This document shows positions 11,963 to 25,637 of a stretch of 64,000 nt of DNA, one piece after another; within the stretch, counting starts at the first letter, position 1; each line of letters opens with the position of its first letter. The notes under the pieces are model-generated. The model was given only the letters and a program-made list of their open reading frames with translations. It made no database searches and had not been told where the DNA came from. This DNA comes from Octopus vulgaris (taxonomy: Eukaryota), in NCBI GenBank assembly GCA_951406725.2, contig OX597814.1, positions 110,670,001-110,734,000 on the forward strand, given 5' to 3'. A program made the translations under genes and the position numbers.

Positions 11963-14561
11963 AGATGGGATGGTCAAAGCTAGAACATCTTTGATCATAA
12001 GTCTGCTTGACTAGGTCTGACTCAGGGCTAAATAACAACAATCATTAATAATTTTAATGATATAATGAAGTTTTCTGATGATACAAATGAGGTTTATCAG
12101 AATTGAAAATAACGAACCATGCAACAGCAGTGGGATCCAGAGACTTCTTAATGTCAACAATATCAATTTAGATTAAATTAATATTGCTTGTCCAACTCAG
12201 GCAAGCATGGAAGGAATGATTTGATGATGATGATGGTGATGATGATGATGTTGATGATGATGATGATGATGATTTAAACTGTAAAAAAAAATGAGTATCA
12301 ATTTTCAATTGTGTAACAGATGTTGAACAAACAATAGATTTAGCTGTTATTTCTGGCAGGTTGACTGACCACATAGAGTCAATGATTTTTACTAATGTCC
12401 ACACAGTTTCTATGCTAGAAATAGCAGCCATAACTTCTGTATTCTTTAGTTTTTTATGTAAGAACAAGGAATGCACATTAGCAACACCATTGAACCAAGA
12501 GAGCTTCTAAGTAGCCAATCTAACTGCTAGAAATAGCAGCCAAATTTCTCCTGGATCATTTTAAAATATGGACATGCTGGCTAATGTAATCCTACATACA
12601 TTCATCATCATTGTTTTCACATCCATTTTTCCATGCTTTGTTGAACCAAATTTTCTATGGCCAGTTGTCCCTCCTGTAACCAACTCTCACTTGTTTCCAC
12701 GTAATACAATATTTCTGTAGTGGATCTTGCAGGCATGAAGTGGATTCAATCCACCATAGCCAAATTTAAATTAACACTTCAACAGAACTTTTCTCATGGT
12801 GGAACAATAGTTTTGCTGTGACAGCAGTTTTACATTTGCCAGATGCCTTAGCTAGTCCGAAATAATGTCTTCACCACTTGACCCTTCTAACCTCTTATAA
12901 GTCACCAAAGGCTAGAATTAAGATAACAAGTACCACCAATGAAGTCCATTGTTCTCAACAATATGGCTATTCTTCTGGATAGTTATAAAAACAAGAACAC
13001 CCTCAAGCAAAAACTGGTGAGAACTCAGTTAGTCAGTTGCTGACAACTCAGTGAGAATGGAGTCTGGCTGACAGGCTAAACAAATGCTGTCTCAGAAGAA
13101 AAGGGCACAAAGAGAACAACTATGGTAACTTACCAGTGGAGAGTGTCCCACACTCTCTCACTTACTCACTTTCTCTTCTCTGCACATTACCATATCTCTC
13201 TCTATGATTTACTACTACAATAAGAACAGACAGGCCAAAATTAACTTTTTTACTTCTCATACTTTAGGATTTTATCACCTGCCCATTGAGGCAAGGTATA
13301 TACAATGTAATGGTAAAAAGAAATATTTCCCTTAAAACTTCATGCATTGTTCACTTGTATGACAATGCTCTTTGTTTACATCCATCATGTGATGTCAAGA
13401 CACGGACACACACACACAAACATGCACACATATATACATACATACGTACGTACAGACATACATACATATATACATACATACAATGAGGTTCTTTCATTTC
13501 TGCATACCAGATCCTTTCACAAAGCTTTAGTCAGGTCAAGGCCATAGTAGAAGACACTTGTCCAAGCCACCATGCAGTGGGACTGAACTCAAAACTATAT
13601 AGTTGGGAAGCAAACTACTTAACCACACAGTCACACCTGTGCCTCACAAATAACAAAACATGCTGGTGCCATGTAAAAAGCACCCAGTACACTGTAAAGC
13701 AATGGATGTTAGGAAGGGCATCCGACTGTAGAAACCATGCCAGAATACACAATTGGAGCTTGGTGCAGCCCTTTCGCTCACAAGTTCCTATCAAGCTGAC
13801 CAACCCAAATGGACTTCAGATGATGATGATGATGATGATAACTTGATGTGCCCTAGTAGCTAGTTATTGTAAGGGAGATAATTACATTTATTTTAGTCAT
13901 AGCACGGTTAGAAGTTTGAAGATGTTATACAGGATTTATTTATGATTAGAAATTTTAAGGTCAATGTCATAAGTAAGGGGCAAAAAAAATATTAAATATG
14001 CATCTTCAAATTTCTTTTAATTTTATAAATATTTCAACGAATGACTTCACCTGTGAGAAAGCTGTTTCCTAAATAGGACATAATGATCCAATATTGCTAC
14101 CAAACAATCTGGAGACATTAACCAATTTTGGTTCCATTTCAAGGTCATGTCAGTTATGAAGTTTCTCGTTTGCATTCTCATTACAACAATGGTGACTAAT
14201 GAGAAGAGTAATTGATATTCTGACGAGTGATGGAATGATTCCATTCCTTTCATGGTTCTGCCAAGAATATCAAGTGATTCAGTTGGAATCTACTTATTAA
14301 TTAGAGTTTTGGTTCCTGAATCATCAAAGATGTTTGGGATGATGGAATGTCAGACAGAAGATTTTATTGTATTCAGATTGGTATTTTGTTTTATAATAAC
14401 TATGAGCACAAGCCAACAAACATGCCAAACTTCTAGAAATAGCAGTGAAATCAGATTCTGTTATCTTAAAAAAAAGTGAAAGGATACTTAAAATAATGCA
14501 GTCTTGGTTATAGAAGATATATTGGTTTCAAATATATTTAATATAGATATATTCATAGTGA

Positions 14562-14875
14562 GTGGAGGTGCAATGGCCCAGTGGTTAGGGCAGCGGACTT
14601 GCAGTCGGGAGATTGTGGTTTCAATTCCCAGACCGGGCGTTGTGAGTGTTTATTGAGCGAAAACACCTAAAAGCTCCACGAGGCTCTGGCAGGGGGTTGT
14701 GGCGACCCCTGTTGTACTCTTTCGAAACAACTTTCTCTCACTCTCTCTTCCTGTTTCTTGAGTAATGCTGTGATGGACTGGCATCCCGTCCAGCTGGGGG
14801 GAACACATATGCCACAAAAACCGGGAAACCAGGCACATGAGCCTGGTTAGGCTTGAAAAGGGCGATGTTTATCGT
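14562..14875 (+). mobile_element. tRNA-derived SINE with 14-bp TSD
   Basis: A box tggcccagtgg and B-box-like ggtttcaattccc. TSD tatattcatagtga at 14548-14561 and 14876-14889. Confidence 0.85.
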
Positions 14876-14964
14876 TATATTCATAGTGAATAGAACACTT
14901 CTTGATGTTGTGAATAGCCATGCAGCTGAAGAGAAATCAGGTGTACACAAGTGAGGTAAAATTG

Positions 14965-15890
14965 GTGGCACATTTTAGCACAAGGCTAGCAATTTGGGGG
15001 TGGGGGTGGGGGAGGCGCTCAACTGGTACTTATTTTATCCACCCTGAAAGGGTGAACAACAAAAATGACCTTGTTGGAATTTGAACTCAGAAGGTAAAGA
15101 CAAATGAAATGTCACTAAGCATTTTGTCCAGTGTGTTAACAATCCTGCCAGCTTACCACCTTAACAACAACAACAACAACAACAATAATAATAATAATAA
15201 TAATAATCATCCTTTCTACTGGAAGTACAAGGCCTCAAATTTGGGGGAAGGGGTTAAGTTGATTACATCAACCCCAGTGCGTAACTGATACTTATTTAAT
15301 TGACCCCCGAAAGGATGAAAGGCAAAGTCGACCTCTGCGGAATTTGAACTCAGACCGTAGTGACAGACGAAATACCACTAAGCATTTTGCCTGGCGAGCT
15401 AAGGATTCTGCCAGCTTGCTGTCTTAATAATAATGTTGATTTCAAATTTTGGCACAAGGCTAGCAATTTCGGGGGAGGGGATAAGTCAAAGACATCAACC
15501 CCAGTGTTCAACTGGTACTTATTTTATCAATCTCAAAAGGACAGAAGGTAAAGTCGACTTCGTCAGAATTTGAACTTAAAATGTAAAGATGGACGAAATG
15601 CCATCTTTACATTTCATGCCACAATTGGTAAATGTATTTTACAACTGAACTCACCTACAATAACAATATTAATTCTTTCTACAAAAGGCACAAAGCCTGA
15701 AATTTTGGGAGAGCGGGTAAGTCAATTTCACCGATCCCCAGTATTCAACTGGTACTTAATTTATTGACCCCCGAAAGGATGAAAGATAAAGTCGACCTCG
15801 GCGGAATTTGAACTGAGAACATAAAGACAGATGAAATACTGCTAAGCATCTTGCCTGGTGTGTGGTAATGATTCTACCAACTCACTGCCT
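14965..15890 (-). mobile_element. Cluster of four Nin/Deu-domain SINE copies
   Basis: Repeated cccgaaaggatgaaaggcaaagtcgacc...atttgaactcag units in the same orientation, separated by short (AAT)n or AT-rich spacers. Confidence 0.75.
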
Positions 15891-17044
15891 TCAACAATAA
15901 TATGGATTGACTCCCGTGCCAGTGGCACATAAAAAGCACCATTCGAGTGTGATCATTGCCAGTGTTGCCATGCCAGCACATGTGCTAGTGGAATGTTGAA
16001 AACAATATTTGTGTGGTTGTTACCAGTGCCATCGAACTGTCTCCTGTGCCAATAGCACATAAAAAACACCTTTTGAGTGTGGTCATTGCCAGAACTGCCT
16101 GATTGGCCCTTGTGCCAGTGACATGTAAAAGCACCCACTACATTCTCAGGGTGGTTGGCATTAGGAAGGGTTTCCAGCTGTAGAAACATTCCTAGATCAG
16201 ATTGAGCCTGGTGCAGCCTCTGGCTCACTAGTTCTCAATTAAACTGTCCAACCCATGCCAGCATGGAAAGTGGATGTTAAACAACGATGATGACAATGAT
16301 GATGATGATGATGACAATAATAATAACAATGATAATAATAAGTTGGAATAAACACTGGTGCTGGTGTCACATGTAAAGCACCCAGTACACTCTGTGGCAT
16401 TAGGAAGGGCATCCAGCAAAGAAACTGTGCCAGAATAGACAATGGAGCCAGGTGTGGATCCTGGCCATACCAGCTCTGGTCAAACTGTCCTCTGCACCAT
16501 ACCAGTATGGAAAATAAATGTTAAATGAGGATGATGATGATGATAATGATGATGAAATACTGCGACGCATTTTGTCTGTCACTGTAACAAATCTACCAAT
16601 CCACCATCTACAAATAATAATAATAATGTTTAATCTTTCTCTGAGTATTCATTATTCCTGTAAATGAAATGAAAATCTATTTGAAATCTCTTTTGTTGTG
16701 ACTAATTTACTTCAAAGGACAAAATTTTGTGTGGAATGGTTTCAGAATAATTTATGAAATATGGTTAGTTCCATTTTTGATCATTTTTCTTCTTCAAACG
16801 CAATTCTAATACAAATATAAAATAAGCAAAAAATCACATTTTAATATTTTCTTTGTTTCTGCAGGAAATACTTTACAAATTTAGTTTCACTAAAAATATT
16901 AGCAAATAAAAAACAAAAACAAAAGAAAAACAAACAAACAAAACAAAACAAAACACACACACACACGCAATTGCTTTTATGTTAAGTATCTTTGTTTTAA
17001 CTGCACTACAGTAATAGGATAATTTATCTCCAACAACACATCAT

Positions 17045-17046
<2 letters not shown>

Positions 17047-17103
<57 letters not shown>

Positions 17104-17117
17104 TAATAATAATATTG

Positions 17118-17158
<41 letters not shown>

Positions 17159-17180
17159 TATTATTATTATTATTATTATT
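17047..17180. repeat. (AAT)n microsatellite switching to (ATT)n
   Basis: Directly visible; the two parts are complementary. Confidence 0.9.
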
Positions 17181-17461
17181 GAAATAACATCACAAAGCTG
17201 TGTATTTTGTGTATTTATGCTTTGTATGTGTGGCTGTTTCTAAAATTATATGTCACGATCGATAAATATATTTTATAACTGAATTCACCTAAGCATTCAT
17301 GCTGTCCAATCCTCTTCATCACTTCTCTTCTGTTCACCTTCCTGTAACTTGAAGGTATGCTCTAACATCACTTATTTTCTCTCTTTTACAACTGGGGAAA
17401 ACCATCTGTCTCCTTTACTCAAAGACATCTGTTCCTATCCCCACCCCATCATACTTCAACC

Positions 17462-17837
17462 AACTGGTTCTCAGCTGGAGTTGCTCTGACCTTTGGGGCT
17501 CCATACAAGATTTTGTTGTTAAAAATTTATCTGCAATAAATTGGTTATAATTCTACAATATACAAAACAGTTTAACAAATTTTTGTATGGTTTCTAATAA
17601 CATTTAATTCTAAAACTATAACACTTTTACTTGTTTCAGTCATTTGACTGTGGCCATGCTGGAGCACCGCCTTTAGTCAAGCAAATCGACCCCAGGACTT
17701 ATTCTTTGTAAGCCTAGTACTTATTATATCGGTCTCTTTTTGCAGAACCGCTAAGTTACGGGGACGTAAACACACCAGCATCGGTTGTCAAGTGATGTTG
17801 GTGGGGGGGCAAACAGACATAGAAACATATACACACC

Positions 17838-17870
<33 letters not shown>

Positions 17871-18057
17871 ATATATACGACGGGCTTCTTTCAGTTTCCA
17901 TCTACCAAATCCATTCACAAGGCTTTGGTTGGCCTGAGGCTATAGTAGAAGACACTTGCCCATGGATTTTTTTTAAACATTGAATGGCTCTGAGAGTTCA
18001 ACCAAGTAAAATGGACGTCCAAAGGGTCCATAAGCAGAAGGCAGTTGAAAACCACTG
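17462..18057. mobile_element. hAT (Charlie-like) MITE with a nested SINE
   Basis: Termini aactggttctcagc / gttgaaaaccactg; 8-bp flanks cttcaacc / ctttaacc. Related to the copy at 53317-54090. SINE nested at about 17623-17962 on the minus strand. Confidence 0.65.
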
Positions 18058-19675
18058 CTTTAACCTATCACCACCAGGTACAAAACCAACTCCTTCAATA
18101 CTACTCCCCCACCTCAGTTGAGGACTCTTGTCTTGTGAGTTACTTGGCGACCTCACTGGTGCTAGTGCCTCTTAAAGAACATCATGCACAATCTGTGAAG
18201 TTTTTGGCATTAGGAAGAGCACCAGGCTATAGAAACCATGCCAAGCAGACAGTTTTGTTCAGAGTTCTGAATATGAACTCTACACCTCAACAGCTAAGTG
18301 CTTGCTCTACAGTGTCAACTGCGGCTGACCATCGGATGTGGTCGTCATTCATGAGGTGACTTGGTGAACTCATTGATCAGAGCTGGCTCAACCCACTACA
18401 AGTGAATGCCACCACAAGTACAAGTAAGTACAAAGCAGACATTCTATCAGTCTCTTTCGCTGAACCGCTAAGTTACGGGGACATAAACACACCAACTGGC
18501 ACTCCAGTAGTTACGACAATGAGGGTTCCAATTGCTCCAATTAATGGAACAGCCAACTTATGAAATTAACATGCAAGTGGCTGAGCACTCCATGGACACA
18601 CATACCCTTAACATAGTTCTCAAGGAGATTCAGTATGACTCAGAGTGGGACAAAGCTGGCCCTTTGAAATGCAAGTATAACTCATTTTTCACTTGAAATA
18701 AAGTGTTTATATACAAATATTATGCACAAAAGATACTGTGTTTGTTACATATTTAGTACTTAGTATAACTCATCTGTCCTTCAATGTTTAGTGTGGTGTT
18801 ATGCAACTAGTTCAAAATACTTAAGCTTTAATATTAGCTTCTATTAGTATTTTTGAAGAGCTGGTCACTCCCTGAGTGACAAAATTCCCTCTAGGCAGCC
18901 AATTAACTAAAAGAATGATTTATAAAAATAGCTCAGCCATTACTTTCAAGCAAGTAAGGTGGCAAGCTGGTAGAAACGTTAGCATGCTGGGCAAAATACT
19001 TAGCAGTATTTCCTCTGCCGCTATGTTCTGAGTTCAAATTCCACTGAGGTCGACTTTGCCTTTCATCCTTTCAGGGTCGATAAATTAAGTACCAGTTGTG
19101 TACTGGGTTCGATCTAATCAACTGGCCCTCATCCCCAATATTTATAAAGGTGTGAAACTGGTAGAAACAGCATGCTTGGCAAAATGCCTAGCAATATTTC
19201 GTCTGCCACTATGTTCTGCGTTCAAATTCCGTTGAGGTCAACTTTGCTTGTATTATGCATTTGCTGATTGTTTTAGATGCCCATGTAGCCATGAGCAGGC
19301 ATAAACACCCTCTTGACCATCCCATTCTTAGTCTAATATAACATTGAGGATGTTGGCTACCCCCATCGACTCAACATGCTGCCTCGTCCAGGAACTGAAT
19401 TCACGACCTTGCACTATTTTACTTATGGAATTGGCAAATGTTAACGAATGCCTAATTTGCTTTCATTTAGTTTCCTTTTGAAGATTAGAGCTTCATTGAG
19501 GAATAAACAAAATCTTCCTTTTCTTTGATTTGACAAATATTTATTTACTTTATCAAGAGTCAGCTAAAATCAGTTTCTTCTCTTGTGTAATATTTTCATC
19601 AACAAAAATAAAAAGTTAACAAATAAAAAATTCTATATCTAAGAGATGAGGAATTATGTATGTTATTTACATTTT

Positions 19676-20330
19676 GCAGGCATATGGCTTAGTGGTTAAG
19701 AGTGTGGGCTACTAACCCCTAGATTCTGAGTCCAATTCCAGGCAGTGACCTGAATAATAATAATAATAATCATAATGCCCTGATGCAGTACCAGGCAGTG
19801 GCTCTCATGGCTTCTGATCTTAACTGATAGGAAGTGTTATCATGTACATTGTTTTGTCTTGGTATAAAAGATGGACTACAGCAAATATTCTGCTCAATAC
19901 CACAGATTTGCTTGTCAGTTGTTTGACCTTAACCATTTGAGCATGTCCCTTAGTGGCTGATGATATGTGCATCTCTGATCACGAGTAGAAGTAGTGGGGG
20001 AGCATCATAGCCATGTGTTGAGAGGGATTCTTTGGGGTTTGAATAATTCACCTCTGGAAACATGGGTGTTTCGTTCAACATCCTTAAACAACCCTTATCC
20101 AGGGACCTTTTGAGCAGGATGGGTTACTCGACCAGAAGAAAATTCTAAATGGGCCCCACCTGCAAGGTCATGTGCTATTTATCTTGATATGCGATCATCA
20201 TGCTGTGCACATATGGTTGTGATGCATTTGCCTAGTGTACCTTTATCAGACGGGTAGTCATGATGGGTATACTGGGCTTTGTGTATTTTACTCCAGTGTC
20301 ACTTTGATGGCATGCACTGCTCTCTCACTC

Positions 20331-20383
<53 letters not shown>

Positions 20384-20540
20384 CAACATTGAAAAATACC
20401 TTAGGAATGAGAACCCAGGTTCAAAGTTTCCCCAAGACAACTGAAGAAGGCTGGATGATATATCAGCTGAAACATGTTAACAACAAACAAGATGAGGACA
20501 AATATCCGTCAAATGTAAATAATGTAAATAATGTACATAA
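19676..20540 (+). mobile_element. tRNA-headed SINE with an internal (AAT)n tract and a hammerhead-like 3' part, interrupted by an insertion
   Basis: Head tggcttagtggttaagagtgtgggctactaaccc...gagtccaattcc; resumes after 20330; tail (aatgtaaat)n. Confidence 0.65.
19777..20330 (+). mobile_element. Non-coding retroelement inserted in (AAT)n
   Basis: Flanked by AAT repeats on both sides. The same 3' end (atggcatg..ctgctctctcactc + (AAT)n) recurs as a stub at 50411-50434, again inside (AAT)n. Confidence 0.65.
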
Positions 20541-21920
20541 ATAAAAAATTTAATGAAAATTTGATGATTTGTGGAATTATCATCCTCCTCCTCCTCATCG
20601 TCACCATCATCATCATCATCATCATCATCAACAACACCATTTAAAGTTTGTTTTCCATGCTGGCATGTGTTGGATGGTTTGACTGGAACTGACAGGCCTC
20701 AATTGTCTGTTTTGGTATGGTTTCTATGGCTGGATGCCCTCCCTAATATCAGCACAGGTGCTTTTTATGTGGCACCAGCACAAGTGCTTTATACGTGGCC
20801 CCATCACAGGTACTTTATATGTGACACCAGAAAGGGTGCTTCATATGTGACACTAGCATGGGTACTTTGCACTTGGCACCAGCACAGGTGCTTTTAACAT
20901 GGCACCAGCATGGGTGATAATGAAAATTAATTTGAAAGAACAAAAGGAGAAATGAAGACATGTGAATAGAAACAAAATACATTTTTTCTGAACTTATCTA
21001 ACTTTGGTGTTAGGAAGGGAATCCAGCTGTAGAAACCCTTTCAAAGCAGACACTGGAGTATGATGCAATCCTCAGACCTGTCAAACCATTCAGTACATAC
21101 CAGCATGAGACATCAATGTTCACATGATGATGAGGTCCTTATGAATAGAAGATCAATACTCTAACCTGGCGGTTGTCAGCGAGCTGGCAGAAACGTTAGC
21201 ACGCTGGGCGAAATGCCTAGTGGTATTTCGTCTGCCGTTACGTTCTGAGTTCAAATTCTGCCGAGGTCGACTTTGCCTTTCACCCTTTTGGGGTCAATAA
21301 ATTAAGTACCAATTACACACTGGGGGTCGATGTAATCGACTTAATCCATTTGTCTGTCCTTGTTTGTCCCCTCTGTGTTTAGCCCCTTGTGGGTAGTAAA
21401 GAAATAGGTTGTCAGCCTTTTTAATATTTGGATCAGATCCCAAACTTGGATTTTTTTAGAGGGCTACACCAAAAAAGCACAAGTTAATTGAGAAAAACTT
21501 ATAATATTTATAGAGGGATGACCACCGGGAGTTGCCGGAAGGATGCTTGAGGGTTGCATGCAGTGCTAGGAGCCACAGTAGAGAACTACTGCTCTAACCT
21601 TTAGGGTACACACTACATACTTTCTCAATGGAATGAGTTAAATTTCTTGTGAGTTTTGAACACTTTAATAGATGTATGTTTTGGTAGCTGGGTTTTATTA
21701 GAAACATGAATGAATTATCATTTCTTGTGTGTATGGGAAGTAAGAACACAGATAAAGAAAGTAGGTTTGAGAAGAACAGGAATTGAACACTTGAACAAAG
21801 CAACACATAAATAAACTTTCTGTTGAAGTAAAAATAGGAAATGTTGTGAGATGACAATCTTGGCTGTTGAGGAAAAACAGAGAAAAACTCTGCCCTTCCT
21901 TTGCTGACATGGGCGCTCAC

Positions 21921-22174
21921 GCACACACATGCACACACAAACATACACACACACACACATGCACACACACACAAGCACACAAGCACATACACTCACCCAC
22001 ACACACTCACACCCACACATACAAACTCCCCCCACCCACACACCTATACACTGGCACAAATACATACACAATAACAGAAGTGATCTGGAACAGGATCTTT
22101 TAGAAAGAATCTTTATGCATGCATGCATACATAATACTCATACACATACATACATACATACATACATACACACA

Positions 22175-22205
<31 letters not shown>

Positions 22206-22318
22206 GTGCATACATACACACGTACACATACATACGTACATACATGCATGCATACATACATGAATACACACACGCACATACATACGTACATACATACATA
22301 CATACATACATACACACA
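21921..22318. repeat. (CA)n and (TACA)n microsatellite tracts
   Basis: Directly visible. The (TACA)n tract abuts the 3' end of the RTE LINE and is probably its tail. Confidence 0.85.
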
Positions 22319-22319
22319 T

Positions 22320-23335
22320 GATGGCTGCCTCCTTGTTATCGAGTATGGCCATTGCACGAAGCTTAACTGTTACTGATGCTGTGATCGAATGTGACTTTTT
22401 AGCCCAGCTAAAGATCTACAATGTCTTGTACAGAATTGGCAGCTAAAACTTTTACCAGTAATAGCCGGCTGTAGTTGTAACTGGGCTTCATGTACCTTTG
22501 CATGTTGTTTAAGTCCTCCTGCCAAATTACACTCTCTTCCACATGCCTGACAGATATGACTAGTATGGTGTGTTACACCACCATCAGTGGCCAGGTTGTC
22601 ACTCATCTGTCTCGCTTTATGACTACGAAGATGATTCTTGCGTCCAGCTTTAGTGAGGCAGGGTCTTGCACAGACACTGCATGTCAGCATCATAGGAAGA
22701 CCCTTCCCATCTGGAAGTGTAACAGCGATGCCCTTCCTGACATCCCTCCTCACTTTCTCATGCGCAACTCGAGATTTCTCAAAAGTAGCCGTCCCCTCAT
22801 GCACAATCCTTCTCCACCTGCTATGATCAATAGCTATGCCCTCCCATGTGTCAGGAGAGATACAAGCATCTCCTAAGGAAGCCCTCAGCAAGTCCTTATA
22901 CCTCTTTTTTGGTTTATGTGGAGGTCGTTCTCCTTTAGCTAACTCTCCATAAAAGAGTTATTTTGGCATTCTTGAATCCTTCATCCTGACCAGATGACCA
23001 CTCCATCTGAGCATTTGCTTTAACACAAGAGCTTCTATACTTTCACACCGAGAGCCTTCCAATATTTCAAGATCACTGATGCAGTCCTTCCACTTAATGC
23101 TATAGATCCGTCTGAGACACATCTGATGGAAACGTTCCAGTTGTTTAAGGTGGTATCGATATGTGACCCACGTCTTGCAGGCATAGAGAAGAGAAGGGAG
23201 CACACATGCCTTGTACACCTTTATCTTTGTCTTCCTGCATATGTCTTGCCGACTCCAGAGGCTCCTTTCTAGCCTTCCAAAAGCAACACTTGCTTTCCTA
23301 ATTTTACATGGAATTTCATCATCCAAATTGCTATA
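22320..23335 (-). mobile_element. 5'-truncated RTE-clade LINE: ORF2 C-terminus with three C2H2 zinc fingers
   Basis: LDDEI..KASVAFGRL..TKIKVYKACVLPSLLYAC.TW..LERFHQMCLRRI..LRWSGHLVRM..RMPK*LFYGEL..G.R....PKKRYKD is the typical post-RT region of RTE elements. It is followed by CSVC..HLRSH, CQAC..HAKVH and CQFC..HIRSQH. Both listed ORFs share a frame separated by one stop at 22958-22960. Confidence 0.92.
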
Positions 23336-24598
23336 TCTATTAATAGTGCTTTCCTTCACAACCTTGCTTCCAAGTGGGTGGCTGATCAAAATTTATTCTA
23401 AATTAAAAAGAGAAAGAGAACAACATTCATGATGATAATGATCACAATGCTGCTGTTGGTGATGATGATGGCTGTCCACTCCTGACTGAGGAAGACCATC
23501 ACTGAGTGTTGCCCATACAAAATGCCAGCAACACCCATGCATGAAGTTAACATGCCAAATAGTAGGCTTCACCCACTTTTGCACCCACCGCTTCCCTGCT
23601 CACCCTGGCACCCTTCTACTCAAGTAGGCATTGCTGGTGATTTCACAACCTGAAATTTTAGATCAAGTAAGGCTTGCACAGCCCCTCACAAAATTCCCTA
23701 TGCCATTCCCTGCATATCTGGTTACATATCAGAGTGACCTCAGAAGTGATGACACATACATAAATACAAACATGCATACATACATACACACATACATACA
23801 TACATGCATACATGCATATATACATACCTACCTACCTACCTACCAACATGCATGTGTGTGTGTGTGTGTGTGTGTTTATTCCCCAGCGACTTAGTTTTTT
23901 ACATCTGTGTAACCTAGCAGTTCAGTAGAAGGGACTGATGGTCAATCCATTTGACTAAACACTTCAAGGTCGTGCGCCCAGCACAGCTGCAGTCTTATGA
24001 CTGAAACAAGCCAGCAAGAGTGTATATTTATGTGCATCCACTTCAGGTTTTGGTATTGGGTGAGTAAGTATAGAATGTTGCAGTAGTTTTAGTTATTCTT
24101 GATTTTATTGAATTTAATTCTTTGCTTTGACAATGAAAAGGTTAAAGGTTCAAAGTTTAGTCCAGTATTTAAAACCTAGTAATCATCAACTTTTTTGCGA
24201 TGGAATATTTTAAGGGTTCACAAAATAATGTAAGTAAGTAGTATATTCTAGCTGGTCAGTTTCTTTATTCGTTGTTATCATTATATATACCTAAATATGT
24301 ACGCCTGCTTGCAAAGTTCTACATGCATGATATATTTGAAACAATAACATAACTCCAAATTTAATGAATAAAAATTTCTCCAAAACACTCCTCCATAACA
24401 ACTCACCCCAAAACTTAATTACCACCCCTACCACTTTACTCAAAGTGACACACCCAAGGAAGATTTTAACTCAACAGAGACTATACAAAGCCACGATTAA
24501 CTTGAATGCATCACAGTCACATGATGGCTCAGATGGCCAAAACTTCAAAGTCACTGTCAAGAATGTTATTCCTTAAGAATAATATATATGTGTATGTG

Positions 24599-24632
<34 letters not shown>

Positions 24633-24914
24633 CGTGTGTGTGTGTGTGCATGTGTGTGTGTATGTATGTGTATATATGTATATATATATATAGTAATTTT
24701 TACAAGGAAAACTTGACAGTAACTTTGAAGTGTCTGCTTACATGTTGAAACTTCGAAGTCACTGACAACTGTTTCCTTGGAAAGATTACTAAATAAGGGA
24801 ACTCTATGAAAATGTATTGAGTAACCTTTCAAACTAATAAGTCAACAGTTTGTATAAATAACTTTGCATAAAAACAAACATTATATACATATATATATAT
24901 ATTTTTATATATAT

Positions 24915-25120
24915 ACATCATTCGCCATGATTGATCGCTAGCCACTAAACCATTTTATTTTCTCTCTCTGTTTATTTTCTCGTGTTCCTTTCTGTTGAAG
25001 AGTGTAGGCTCGAAACGTAAAAGACTTTCTCACTTCCTGTGCATTAAACTAATATATCCGTTTGTTATTTATGCACATGTCTTCGTCTTTTGTTTTGTTT
25101 GTTTTTTTTGTAAATTCCAA
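24915..25120 (+). mobile_element. Penelope-like terminal fragment in a (TA)n tract, with a minimal hammerhead-like motif
   Basis: cttt CTGTTGA a gagt gtag gctc GAAAC GTA aaag at 24988-25023; flanked by TA repeats. Confidence 0.45.
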
Positions 25121-25130
25121 CTATACATAC

Positions 25131-25205
<75 letters not shown>

Positions 25206-25637
25206 TATATATATACACATATATATCATCATTATTTAATGTCTGTTGTCCATGCTGGCATGGGTTGAATGATTTGACTGGGCTGGCATGCTGGAAGGCT
25301 GCACCAGACTCCATTCTGATTTGGCATTGTTTTCTATGGCTGGATGCCTTTCCTAATGCCAGTCACTCCATGAGTGTAATGGGTATTTTTACATGCCACC
25401 AGCATGGATGCCATTTGCATGGCACAGGTATCTTCCACAACTGCAATTTTGCTCGGTTTGATGGGTCTTCTTCTCAAACATGACAAAATACCAAAGGTCT
25501 CGGTCATTGCCTCTGTGAGGCCCAACACTCAAAAAGAGCTCAGTCACTTTGCCTCTGTGAGGCCCAATGCTCAAAAGGAATTCAGCCAGCTTGCCTTCAT
25601 GCGGCCCAATATATATACATATATAAGGTCATAAATG

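Noticed and set aside
12716-13219. TGTAGT...ACTACA-bounded segment, possible solo LTR
   Set aside because: No TSD and no second copy in the window.
14562-14640. tRNA-like sequences at SINE heads (also 19676, 31927, 44090, 53535)
   Set aside because: No intact acceptor stem; they continue into SINE bodies, often with TSDs, so they are not tRNA genes.
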